In this document: one piece after another, positions 40,430 through 54,100 of the stretch
How positions within the stretch are numbered: the first letter of the stretch is position 1
Layout of the letters: every line of letters begins with the position of its first letter
Origin: Gordius albopunctatus
Lineage: Eukaryota
Assembly: GCA_964276515.1 (NCBI GenBank)
Contig: OZ193909.1
Span: 16,306,001-16,370,000 of the forward strand
Length of the DNA: 64,000 nucleotides
Direction: 5' to 3'
The notes under the pieces: model-generated
Database searches by the model: none
Seen by the model: only the letters and a program-made list of their open reading frames with translations
What the model was told of the DNA's origin: nothing
Translations under genes and position numbers: made by a program

Positions 40430-43400
40430 CTAAATTTTTCCAGCCAATTTATCCTTCAGCTCTGATACAGATTCGATAGGCAGGGAACATACATTATTTT
40501 CGCACAAATAAACCGTGGGCTTGTCTCTTTTTTCCCCTAATATATTTTTGATTTCCTAAAATAAAATAAATTAATAAAATAAATAAAAATGTGTCCAAAA
40601 CTTACATCTTTGTCCTTTAAAATCCCATCATAGCCCGGGTAGACGGAGATGATGCCATTGACGTTGCCATATAAACATTTCACAAATTGCTTAACTTCTT
40701 GGTCTTCTTTCGCACCATAAATAATCGCCTACAAATAATTATTATTGATATAACTTAAAAACTTAATAAACGCTCAATTCCCTCAAAAATTTCGAATACT
40801 TTTTTACTCAGACAATCAATCGCCATTGCTATTGCATAAACTAATTTTTATTCCCTGGTGCATTTAATGACCATTCTCAAAGAAAATGAATTAGCTGAAT
40901 ATGCCTTTTAATCATATTATTTATAGTTATTTTGATTTTTATATCCTCTTTTAATATTATTATTATATATATAAACACTTTTTATAATTAAGGCTTTTTA
41001 AAAAAAACTATAAGGAAGATTTGGGAAATAGCAATTAGCAAAAAACTATCAGCTCGTAAGAAAGGGATTAAAGGTTAGATCTAAATTTATGGTTATATGT
41101 ATAGCTGTTAAAGTTCATCTTAATTATGAACTAGTTCAAGTTCATATTGAAAAATAAAATTAGTTCAAGTTTAGATTTTTTCAAAAGTTACTAGTTCCGG
41201 TTCATGTTGGAAAAAACGAACTAGTTCAGTTCTTAGTTCAAATTTTACAAAGTGAACTAGTTCCAGTTCAGTTCATTAAAAAAATATATGTTTTTGAAAA
41301 ACGTTTTATCTGATTAAAAATCAGTTCTAAATCGGATCCGCAATTTTAAAATTCTACGAATCAAATTTTTATTGATGATTGGGTTTATTTGAATTCATTA
41401 TTATTTCTTTTAAATTAGAAATAGTCAATTGTAAATTCTAATTTAATAAACATTAGGGTGACTTTAAAGATGGAATTATTTAAATTCCCTTATTAATTAT
41501 ATTGGAGAATATAGCGGTTTTATCTCAATTATGGATTTAAAACGTTCCTGCTCACAAATCATTGAATTCTCCATGAACATACTAAAATATACGTATCAAA
41601 ACAGTAATTTCTAAAGATAACGTAGTCTCCACAACTTTGTCCTCTTAACAGTTATACATCCTGATTTCAAGCCTATGCCTTTAACCTTATATTAAATGGG
41701 CATATACAAAGATGATCTAATTAATATCGCCAGAGCCCCTATATCGTAGTGTCTATAAAGTAGCTCTGTAAAAGAAATATCCCTCTTTCCATAGACAACA
41801 AAACAGTAAATCTTCAATAGCTAACAACACCTTTAAATCGTCAAATGTATACGACTTATTTTTAACATAATTTAAAGCATTAAACAGTCGCTACCAACGT
41901 TACCTCAAAAACTGATTGTGTTGCTACTAATTTATATGACCGTAACAAATTTTTTGTTACTAAAGTGTCTAAAAAATTTCAATGCCCGTACATTCGCAAC
42001 TTGAAAACTTTAATAAATTGGCACTAAAAAAGTGGGGGGGGGGGTGCAAGGGCTAAATGAGAAAATAACTTGGCTAGTTGGTGAAGTAAAGGTTCGGTAG
42101 GCTGATAAGAGGCGAGGAACAGCGGAGGGGTAATCAACAATGGCATAACTGTAAGCTTCAAATATTTTCTCTGCCAGCTTAAGGTAACTTTCTTCGCCCA
42201 AAATGGTGGAGAGACGTATCAAATTAGAGGCCGATATCGAATTACCACTAGGTTCAGCCCCGTCTTGTTCTGCGAAAAATCAACGGAGAAATCGGCTTAG
42301 ATCGAGTTACATTTTAACGCAAGAGAATTTTAGTATAAAGACTCTTTGAAGAAGTTACATGCTTTAGGAGGATAAGGTTAAACTTGATAAGTGAAATTAT
42401 TAATAAATAAAAAGTAAAAAAGAAATAATTATTTATTTAGCACAATTCTGGGCTTAGATTAGGCTACAAATCTGTGAAAATAATTAATGTACAACATTGT
42501 GTTGAAATTTATAAAAACCTGGTATTGCAAGAAATAACTTTTCTATAATTTAAAATAAATATAAATAATGTTGATGAGGTATTGGCTTTACTTCACTCAC
42601 TATTTAAATGAATTTAAAATCTTCATAGCTAGGTTAACGTATAAAATAGTCTTCTCGTATATTAGATTACACATTTATTTGAAATTAATTGTAAAAGTTT
42701 TAGGCTAAAATCTCCCCGCGTTTTTGTTAAAAAATCAATGGTAATAAATGCAAAATTTAGTTCAAAACTTATTTTGAATTCCCAGCCTCTTTTAAAAGAG
42801 GAAGGTGAAGAGATATTACTTATATAACCCTCCTGTTATATATTATAACTGTAGCAATTTAAACAAAAACTATATTTAATCAGATATATACCGATAAACT
42901 ATCTTTTATCATCAAAGAACTCAAAGAAGATGTTCTAAATCAGCAAATTACCTATTTCCCACAATGTCCTACAAGATTAAACAACTATGTTATACCAAAA
43001 AAAAATTTCTCTAAATAATATAAAATAAGCACAAAAACAAACAAGCCAAAGCGGGTGACACCTTCTTTCATTCTCATGACTAAGGAGCTATCAGAATGGG
43101 AGCTGATAAAATAACCACCAGATTCCTTGTCCCAAAAAAGGTCATTTTGCGCATCCTGTAATTCTCGCGCCCAGACAAGCCATTTTTCTTCACGACTAAC
43201 TTCGTATAAATCTAGCATAGCTTGCACCACGAATGCGTAATCGTCTACAAAACCGGCTATCGGTTTATTCCTTCAGATGTTTACAAAATAAACGCTTATC
43301 CTCTGAAACAACTTAATCACAAATAATAGATTGAAAATAACAATTTAAAAATAAAGAAATTTAAAAATCAATCTATGTGTTAAAAAAATTAAATTTTTTA

Positions 43401-46400
43401 TGGGCAAAAATTCGTGATGCCCAAAGTAAATAATTAACTTTCAAGGGTGTCCGCAATTTAAATTCTGATAACAGGGGAAAAATATTACTAAGGAAATAGC
43501 TATAAATTAATTGAGGATTTAAAAAAATACACAAAGTGCCTTCTTAAATTAAATGAAACATCATAGATTTACATTTCATTATATAGATAACCCTTCAAAA
43601 TTTGTAAAATCATAGATTTCAAATATATTATCGTAGTAGTAGTGGTGGTAGCAGTAAAATTTACAGTTGTTGAATCTGATGTGTTTTAGCATCGTAATAT
43701 ACGCTTCTAAGTAAGTGCCCGTCCACACACATGTTATCTTTTACAAACTGGGCGCTATTTTCTGCAAGTTTTAGATAATCTTGGTTGTCGAGGTACAGGG
43801 AAGCGTGTACCAGAGCTGATATCATTAAACCTAAGTGATAATGGACGTGGATTCATTTTGTCCACTCTATAATAGCATTTCATTACAAAAAAAACGTTAC
43901 ATACGATTTATCAAAGCTATGGCTCAATAATTTGTTTGAAATTCCTTTAGATATTGTGCAAATAACTTGGTTCAACAAGGAAAATCAACCGGCAAACTGT
44001 TTGCACTTTGATAGAGTTTTTCGCGGTGAACACGAATATATTTTAATTTAATTCTCCATACGTCATGTTTTTCAAATATTTGCTGCCAAAGTCGCTAAAA
44101 ACCGCGATTTTAAACTCTTTTCAAACGTCGATAAGCAAATTAATCTATAAATTTTAATTTAATAAATTTGGTTTGTAAATTAAGCGGAGAAAAATCCATT
44201 AAATCCTTGTTAATTCTTTGTAACACACAAATACGAATCTAATTGATTTTGTAACGGTGCCTTCCGTATATCTAGGCCAGGCCCGTTGTTTTATTTTGAA
44301 GCAGAAGCCCGTCCATCCAAGTCCTTTTGTAGTAGTTAATAAACAGCAACGCGCATTTAATTCCTGGTGTTAAAGGGAAGGGAGGGCGACCTCAAGTATG
44401 GGCCAATTTGTCATTATAAAAAGATAGCTGAATAAGTTAATTTTAAAAATATATCCAATAAAAACTTTTATAATTAATTTCTCTACCCCTCATTTATCAA
44501 ATAAAATTTTACCGATGCCAAAATCGCGGTTTTTAGCAACTTTAATAGCAAATTTTAAAAACTTGACCTATATGGAAAAACTACAAATATATTTGTGTTC
44601 ACCGCAAAAAACTTTACCAGAATCTGCAAACAGTTTGCCGGTTGATTTTATAAGTCCTTTATGTGTTGACGTGTGTTATTTAAGTGCTGTTTAATTTTGG
44701 TTGTATGCTACAAACTTTTAAAAAGCTATATTTCCCCTTAAATAAAAAGATTTCCTTGGTCATAGTGGATAGGTGCAAATATAATTTCGATGATATATTG
44801 AATCTAACAAAATTGTAAGCTTCACTAAAAGGTTATCTTCTAATTAGTCCATGTATTTAGTCTCCAACAGAAGTAAGTAAGGGTATTTAAAAAATTTAAA
44901 CATCGTAGGGACAATGGCTATTTTCATTGCGACTTAACATTATAAACCATAAATCGCATAGCAATTAATAAAAAAATATACAACTATATGATTCATAAAA
45001 CTCAACCCTATGCGAACTAACCGTTCCAACAAGCCAATATTTTGTCATCCCGGCTCGGTCTGGGCCTTTTGCTCCGTTCGGCTAACAATTGAACTTTGCA
45101 ACTTTCTAACCATTGAGTAAATTCGTCGCGGGGCGCTCCATACTTATCAGCTAACGCTTCAAGTTCCTCGTGTAACGCTAATACATTCATGCCTCCCAAT
45201 TCGTGGTGAGGATCCTAAGCAATATGTAACGTATGCTCTCAACATAAATGCTCAATGAAAAATGTTAGGATCGTTTTTAATGCTTGTTCGCGTAATAAAA
45301 TTATCTTTGGGAAAAAGTTCCCATTTCACCCGCTTCTTAGCGGACGAGGTTCTTAGTTAGTAAGCCTAAGCAATAGTGTCGCAAAAACAACGGCTGGGGG
45401 CTTATGTTTGGTCCACCTTTGGTTTTAGTCGACTGAACATAGGCAGACCAACGGTTTTTTGGTTTGTTATTCTCAGTTGTATATATAGACCAATTGGTCA
45501 AACCTTTGGTCTGCTTATGTTCACTCGACTAAAACCAAAGGTGGACCAAACATAAGCCCCCAGCCGTTGTTTTTGCGACACTAGTAAGCAAATTAAAAAT
45601 ATTGTTTCTCATATTTTAGGAGATCCATTTATAATAGCCGGGTAGACAAGCGCTTTTAATAAATTTGAAGTGTTTTAAGAAAGATGCTTAAAACTGAAAA
45701 TTATCCACCCTTCTCGACATGAGGACAAGTCCCTCTATCGGAAATAAAATCAAAATGAGTAATAAGTCTTGATAAAAATTACCGATCCTCATTTATAAAA
45801 TCAAATATTTTAGATTTCGTTATGATTCATGGGTGAAAATATGCCGTAAATTGTATTTTAATATACACATTTTTTAATCTTATGATTTTAACCGCGATGC
45901 ATAATTTCGTTTAAAGTCGCGGCATTTCACAGGCATCACTTGGTTTACAAGACTTTGGGTTTTTTGAAAGAGATTAGCCATTAAAAATGCTGAAATTAAT
46001 CAAATTTCATCGCAAAGTTATTGTTGTCAAAACATATGGATTAAAAAATTTATATTAAAACATATCATAGATAAGTTCAAATTGCTATTTCCTCAACAAA
46101 TAAAAGAATATATGTTTATATCAATTAAAGAACCATGAATTAAGCATATACATAGGCAGGATCCACATTTCCATCTGGCTTGACACCGTAACAACAAGCA
46201 AAAAGGTCAGCCGAAGTACCCACATTCTTGTTGATAAGAGAAGGGGGCAATGGTATATTTGCCAAAATTTGCTTAATTTCCACCCAATCCCAAACGTAAA
46301 AAGCTCCTTCATTTTTATGCTGGGAATCTTTGGTTGGTAGTGAATCCGCATCTTCCGCACTGAAAAAACCACCGCCTCCGTTAGCCTACGCGATTGAATT

Positions 46401-49400
46401 AGTCAATGTTTGCGCGTGAAAATTGTATTTTTCAAAAACGAATCTAAAAACCAAGGGGAAGCATAATGACAAAAATGGAGGGTCTAATTTTAAAATAGGA
46501 GTATCTCCTTGGAAACTCAAAAAAAACTATATTTTGTAGGGTAAGGTATTGACAGTGATGGGAACGGATGGCGGAATGCTGTATCGTTTTCATTTCGCTT
46601 TTTTGCTATTAACCTTAATTTAGTCCATATGCCTAAATAAAAGTATTTCTTAATAAAGATCAAAGGCCATCGTACGTTTTGCCAGCCGGATTTATGATAT
46701 CAAAGCTAGACTTGCAATCGCCACAATTTCAATACTCTTAAACTTAGTACTCTGTATATATATATACCTAAAAGCAACAAATCGTTTTTTGATCAACTTT
46801 TCTAGGAAAGAGTAAAAGCCATTAAAAAAATTGAATCAATATTTCGTCCGTTATAACACATAGTCAAATACATAATCATAACAAACCTTGTTGGCCATAT
46901 CGGTTTTGAGGTAGGATATAATCCGATGGGCTACATCCCCTAGTCCTAAATCGCCGGTTTGATTGAAGGCACGCCCGTAGGTTGTCACTAGTTGGGCTTG
47001 GTCGTAAAGCATTTTTTCGAAATGTGGTAAAAACCAATGCCCGTCCACAGAATACCGATGGAAACCCTGCGCGCAATAGAATAACATTTTAAACGTGCAA
47101 ACTCTAAGGCATCTCATGTAGCCTAATAGGGGCGAGAGAGTCAGGGAAAAGAGATTTTTAAGGGGAATCATTCTTCGAAATTCGATTATAATTTCTGTTA
47201 ATTTAATTGTTCTACCTAAAAGTTATAATTTCCACTTTAAACAAAAGGATTAATAGCGTTGAAATTATTATACGATTGGGAAAAATAGTCACTTTATATC
47301 TAAGACTACACTAAGCAAAGGTTTAGCAAAATATAATCCGGGATATTTGTTTGTTTCATATATTTGCAATCAAATGAACAAAATAGCTAAGATTGGAATG
47401 AAATATTATCCCCGGACTTTGTAGCAGTTAGTTTGTAGAAAAACTTTTTTTTAAAAAACATATAAATTGGCCCGTTTAAACATGGCTCGGTAATATTTTA
47501 CAACATCATTCATTTATAATTTTCTGTAAAACACTTCAAAGAAATGTCATTCTAGCAGAAACGTGCCTAAATTGTGATTGTGCCATAACAACCTTATCCC
47601 AAAATATAATATGTTTTAATTTTTAAATAAAAACATTTTGGGCCTTAATTACATTGCCGAGCTGGTCGTATACTCCGCCCAAAGACATCTTTTTCAGCGT
47701 TATACTTATCATGTCCAGGGCTCTATCCCCTTTATCGTTACCCTTGTGAAATTTGTGGTAAGCAAAGAGGAAATCCATTATAACTAAAATACATACAACA
47801 AATACACATATAATATGCGCAGTGCAAATTTTAGTGAAATAATTTTATACGCCCCCCCCAAACCAAAACTACACGGGTCACCCGAAACCCAACCCGGTCA
47901 GGTCGGGTTTAAATTTTTAATATGTCTTCGGGCCGGGTTTGGGTTGAAAATTTTTTTAAAATTTCGGGTGGGGCGGGTTGTGAAAGTTACTTTCCACATC
48001 TCTAGCCTCCTCCCCTTCGCCCACTTTTCAACAAACTAAAATATATTAGCGTGCGTATAGAGTTGAAATCTTCAATTTAAAGCTTATTTAGTTGGTCTCA
48101 TTTAGATTGTGGTTAGTAAATCTTTAAATATGAAGCCAAAGTTTGCCCATCATTGATGCTTGAGCTTTGGTGTTTTATAATCTCCCTATCCCTCATTAAA
48201 TTATTGATTTTATTATCCATGTATGCCTCCCCCCTAACAAAGCTTCAGTTTAATGTTTGGGGTTAGTTATATTTTACTTTCAATTGAATAAGTTTCTTTA
48301 CGATTTATGTATGTTTTGTGCGTTTGCGAGATTATGCTATCTGTTTAATTACTAAAATATATTCCAAATTTTTTAATTTTTTAAATTATAGGGAAAAAAA
48401 TTTATAAACCAGGTTGTGGAAATTTGGGTGCTCTAGAAAATCCGCCGTTGGTGGGATCGAACCTCCGACAATATTTTTCAAAACATTTTTCCATGACCTT
48501 GGCCACGTCTGGGAGTTTAGAGCTTTGCAATTCTTGAGCCCGACTTATAGAAGAGATATCAGAAGAAACGGATTGTTTAATAGCTTTCATAAAATTTTCT
48601 GATGAATCCCTCATCTCTACCATACTATGTTTCCACTTCAAAAAGACAAAATTTGTAAATTGCATGAAACTGATTGCTTATTTATTCATAAAAATATTTA
48701 AAGTTTCATATGATGAGTTCAGAATGTCAAAAAAAATGCAACCGATTATGAGTATTTAAGATTATATATTCAACTTATAAAATTTTTGACCATAATGTGT
48801 TATACCTTGTCTGCTATACTCTCTAAGATGGTTTTAAATCCTATTTGATGACCCTTCTCTTCTGGAGGAAAATAAGTTCCTCCAAATATAGGTTTGAGGT
48901 CAGGTGTTAACCAAACACTCATAGGCCAACCCCCTCCACCAGTTGTGGCCTAAACAATAATATGTAACATACAATTTTTTGACAAAATTATATATGAAAT
49001 AGAAAGAATTTAGCGAATACAATTAATAATCACAAATTTAAATTATGATAATATATGATTATTTCTTAACTCCTTATCATTTACTATTTAAGAATTGTGA
49101 AAGCGAAATAGATAACATGCACAATTCTTATAAATTAACTAACTTGTACAAATGTCATATACAGTTTATCAACATCAGGGCGTTCTTCCCGATCAACTTT
49201 TATGTTAATAAAATTTTTATTCATAATCTTTGCTACTTCCTCATTCTCAAATGATTCTTTTTCCATAACATGACACCAATGACATGTTGAATAACCAACT
49301 AAATATAATACATAGAACTATTTGTGAATTATAACAAAAGGATTTATAAAATTTCATAAAAGACATCTTTAGGATATCTTAATATATTAATTTAATAAAA

Positions 49401-49891
49401 AGCATTCACAACATTTTAAATTAAAGATAAATGAAATTAGGTATGTGTAACCAAAATAACAATTTCCACATCAACAACTGGTTTATAGCTACAAAAAGCA
49501 TATTTAGTTATCTATATGGTTGTTCTTGCCCAAAAGTATGACAAATATAAACTTTGATATTAGGAAAAAATAGGGTAAATTCATATATTTTTTAAAAAGG
49601 TAAGAACAATTAATATAATTATTTAGAGAACATATGAAAATTTTTTATCATACCAGATAAAAATATAAGTTTGTTATGAGTTTTTGCTAATTTAAATGCC
49701 TCTTCACCCCATGGATGCCTACAAATTTAGTAGTTTTTGGAGTCTAAAATTTACCAATCAACTGGGTTGCTGGCGTGTTGCAATAAGTATGGACTTTTTT
49801 CACTAATTAGGGCATTACTATGAGTCATATTTCGGGCTTTAATATGATTAAATATAAATCGGCTATCTTGCTTAAATGATGACCATATCAT
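40430..49891 (-). CDS. SPATA20: Spermatogenesis-associated protein 20 (YyaL/SSP411 family: thioredoxin-like plus six-hairpin glycosidase-like), 14 exons
   Basis: Exons: 49828 (or in-frame 49891)-49755, 49718-49654, 49298-49144, 48949-48806, 48635-48410, 47783-47653, 47066-46887, 46385-46152, 45214-45022, 43830-43665, 43270-43062, 42269-42070, 40728-40606, 40555-40430. All GT-AG and in frame (741 aa from 49828). Motifs [106 protein letters not shown]. Confidence 0.95.
41100..41280. repeat. GAACTAGTTC-rich repeat, likely a DNA transposon subterminal remnant
   Basis: Several palindromic (GA)ACTAGTTC units within SPATA20 intron 12. Confidence 0.55.
43962..44678. mobile_element. Long-TIR (foldback-like) element in SPATA20 intron 9
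   Basis: AAAATCAACCGGCAAACTGTTTGCA at 43981 and TGCAAACAGTTTGCCGGTTGATTTT ending 44649; ~200-bp diverged arms. Confidence 0.75.
45374..45583. mobile_element. Near-perfect palindromic hAT-type MITE in SPATA20 intron 8
   Basis: TAGTGTCGCAAAAACAACGGCTGGGGGCTTATG.. with a ~75-bp inverted counterpart; flanks CTAAGCAA / GTAAGCAA. Confidence 0.9.
47860..48004. mobile_element. Partial hAT-type MITE (CCCG/CGGG subterminal repeats)
   Basis: ACCCG/CGGGT repeats ending CACATCTCTA. Confidence 0.55.
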
Positions 49892-51162
49892 TAAAACAGC
49901 TGAGTTTAGCACATATGGTTTATAGCTAGAGTCGTTTAAGAAGAGTTCGGTTACAGTTACTTTAAATGTAATAAATTAACGTTACAGTTATATTTTTGTA
50001 ATTCCCGAGCGATCTTTAACCAAGGAGCGCGCATGCAACCCAGACCATCGTCGTACAGGCATTGCTCTGTACCGGCATAATTCCTTCCGACTTCCCTAAC
50101 CATCCTTCTGCACCGGCATTACCCTTCAGCGCATAATGACCACACTGCCCTGTACAAGCAACCTTCATCCATAACGTTAGAAACGACCGATTTTTGTTCA
50201 CCCGCCATTTTCCGATCATCAAGAAGGTACCGACATAATTTTTTTCGGACTGCTATAGCTGCCCACAGTACCACAATTTGATATCTTCGAAGCAACCGCC
50301 CGCTACCAGCTAATCAATTAAGAACAATGATAGACAACGATTTCAATTATAATTTTAAAAGTATATAAATAATTAGGTGTTAACATTTAAATAGGAGTCT
50401 CATTCCCGCCTTGTTTTTGCAATGGTATTTTAAATTGCTGATACATCTATCTTAATCTAAATATTTCTTCAATTTTCGCTCATTTGTGCTATTTTTTTTA
50501 GGCTGTGCCACTTTGACCCCTATTCTGACATACATATAAAAGGTTTCAAATTGAGTAGATTTATCTAAATACAAATATACTCTAAAAAATTAAACTAAGT
50601 AATATTTTATTAGAGTTTGTTATCAAATCAAAAATAGTTACATTATTCACATAACATTTGATCTTAAAAGAAATTGACCAGTCTTCAAAATAAACTTAAT
50701 CTAGGTATACAGGTTAGAAATATCCATAATATAAATTTCTAATCTACGTATTTGAGTTTGCACTTATTTTTTAACTCTTAAAAAACCTAAGAATTCATCT
50801 ATTAACAAAATAAGATTGTGATATTAAGTTATATTTGAATATATGTTTGTAAAATACGTTTATTCTAATATCAGTGCTCTTTTTTTATTTTATTAATAAA
50901 AAATAATAAAACATTATGGTTTTATTCGTCTCTATATAAAAAAAACTCAGTTTCATCGCGCTCTCGACAGATAACATCTATTTTGATTGATTAACATTGT
51001 ATTATTCATATTAAACTAATCAAAATTTTAGTGTTGATAATAATTGTGTTATCACAGAGAAAAATTTGTGTGTGAAGGTTTTTTGTTAATGTTAATATAA
51101 AATTTGCAAATAATATTGCATATATTTTTACGTTGAAAAAAATTTAAGTGAAATGAGATTGC

Positions 51163-54100
51163 CTAGTGTTTTCCAAATATGTAATAAAATAATTTAACAT
51201 TGAATGGCCCATAGTGGTTAGGTGACGCTTTAATATGAGTTTTTGTGCTCTCAACAGTTTTGCGGGCAAGATCCGTAAGAATCTCTTTGTCAAACCCGGT
51301 ACTAAGTCCTTTTTCTAAGTATATATTTTTAGGAAACTCGGTTAACATGATCTCTTCCAAGCTCTCCTCTCCGCTAAAGGTTGAAAAAAGATATGGGAAA
51401 AATGTGTTTCGAAATTGGCACTCATTCAATCTAGGACCTTGAATTATGGCTAGTGAGTCGGTATCCAATGTTAGGCATAACTTTGCATTTGCTGTATATC
51501 TTGGCCATTTGGTTTCAACGTTTGAGCCAGATAAGTCCATATTAGGATTTCTTAATAATAAAATGTAACATCTGTTTAAATAATTGTTTTAAATAATCGC
51601 TCGCGGTTTTAAATATCAACAAGTGCGTTATTATTTAAATCTAATATGCCCTACAACTATAGCTATATTCTTTACTGAACATTTAGTATCTGACCTGATC
51701 TGACAAAAGCATAGATCTTCTACTTCGTAAAAACTTAAAATTTGCAGTTATTATGGCATAAATGACAGGATGATAATTTGCTAATAATTTTGTTAAAAAA
51801 AGAAACCTTGTATCATTATTGACAATAAATAACGTTAAAAAATTATTTAAGCTCGACTTTATGACGAATGACTTTCTCATGACAGAACAAAAATCGGCTA
51901 AGGTGGTATGGGCATATACTATGAAGGGGCACGAATGACTTAAATCGAAAGTACTGGACATGGAGGTACCGGGGAAGAGAGAAAGAGGACGACCCCAGGA
52001 CGACCCCGTGTCTAGAGTTGTTTAATTGCTAACTTTCTTCAAATCCAGCTACCATCTGCTCATTTTCTGCTCGGCCCTCGAGCATTTTTATATGCTACTT
52101 TTCTGCCTAGTGCAACGAACAGCGAGCACATATTGTGCTAACGCGCATATTAAGCAACTCAGTGTGCGTGCTCGCGTCTGGAGTTTGAAAAAAGTTAGCA
52201 ATTTAACAACTCTAGCGTGTCACGTGGAAAAGGCAACTCGATAAGTTATGAAAACAAAAGAGATCAGTCAAGACATGGCACTCACCCTGTCAAGATGGGC
52301 GAAACTTATTAAAATAAACCCCACGACTGTGGGACCGAATAACTGATAAAGAAGGAGAATAAGAGATTATATGCACCCAATATTTGGCCAAGCTTATATC
52401 CTGAGGTTATTGAGTTTATGTTGATCCTTAAATCAGCTTTGTGAAAATAAGATATTTTTGTCCTATATTATCATATATAACTTTAAAAAGTCTTTTCACA
52501 TAATATAAATCGAATATAATTTTAAAACCAATTTAATTCTTCAATAAAAAGGCATAATTATTGTGCCATCATGTGTTATAATGAGTCTAACCCAGTCTTG
52601 GCAAAGTTGGTCCAATATGTCATCATTTTCTTGCTAAGAGTTATTTCATCTTTCCTATAATTATCTTTGAATTTTATCGGTTCCCCCATTACGTATCCTA
52701 TCTCATCAGTGTGTCTAGAACCAGTCCATTTGGGCCAAGGTGTTTGGACTGTTTGGTGAGTGAAATAATATTTATAGATGGATCCAGTTCCATATTCACT
52801 GTATAAGTCAGCGGCTCGATTGATGTCGCAAGTTAAGAAAAAATCACTGATTGTCTTGTCAAAGGCATCAACTAAGTTATATTGATTATCACTATCAAAC
52901 CACCCGGCATAATACGTTATTATGTTGTCAATTTGGCTAGCGTTTAGGGCAAAGAAAACCGTTTGCATCCCTCCATTGTAATCAGAAATTGTCAGGTTTA
53001 AAGTCCGGTTCAAGGGCAACAAAAGGTTGGGGAAACCATAAAGCATAAAAAAAGTGCCTTCGTTTAAATTACTACCCATGAGTATACTGATATCCTTTTT
53101 AAACTTTCGTTTGAAAATAGCCTTGAGAGGAAAGGATGTAAACCATCTCCCTTCATCCATGACAGGAGTGAATTGTAAGGCTAAAAATTCTTTGACCATT
53201 GAACCGTACAAAGTTAGAATTTGAGGTGGCACTTGTCTCAAACACTTTAAAACGCCTTCGGTAGATTGAGGGGTCCAGGAGATATCCCCACAGCCCACAT
53301 TATTTATCAGTGAGCGCGTATAGTTCAAAGCCTTTTTTTTTGATAGCAATGTGAAAAAGTTGGAAGCGGTACCACTTTCCAGGATGGCGCGGTTGAAATA
53401 AGGCCAACTAGAGGGAGATAGTATATGCATATCGATCATTACAGCTCCTGCACTTTCGCCAAACAATGTAATAGCCCGAGTGTCACCACCAAATTCCTGG
53501 GCATTTTCGAAGATCCACCTTAAAGCTAGTCGTTGATCGTAAAGACCCATATTGCCGGCTGCTCCGGTAGTAACGTTATCGCCTATATATAAAAATCCTA
53601 ATGGTCCTAGTCGATAATTTATGTTTACCACGATTACGTTCATGCTGGCTGCAAGTATTTTACCATCATAAATATCTAAGGATGCAGACCCGCTGGAAAA
53701 ACCTCCCCCATGAATCCATACCATAACGGCCTTTTTAACAGCCTTGCTAGCTACATTAACATTTGCATCCGCTGGCACCCATATATTCAAATAGAGACAA
53801 TCTTCGTTTAGAGGTGTATTGGCGTTGTACTTTGTTGAACCGGTAAAATTTTCCCCAAAAAGTGATTCAGACAATTGATGACAAGCTGAAGGTAATTTTG
53901 TAGCGTTCCTAATTTTGAAGGAGGTGGAAATTATGGGTTCCGGCAATTTAAATCTAAGCTCTCCAACGGGTGGCTCTGCAAATGGTATACCGAGAAATGT
54001 GTTAACTTTATGCCTTTCGTTTTCAATGGTGACATTTTGCACGTATCCACGAAATAGGCCTGATGTCGTCTTTATAAAGTCTGGAATTAGTTAAAAAGGC

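Noticed and set aside
46121..46372. ORF-track peptide MVFSVRKM..
   Set aside because: Wrong frame of SPATA20 exon 8, whose true frame reads [11 protein letters not shown].
52576..54042. Stand-alone intronless second cholinesterase gene
   Set aside because: The ORF-track start is GTG, homology extends upstream to a splice acceptor, and there is no signal peptide or room for a promoter; better explained as exon 3 of the fused gene.
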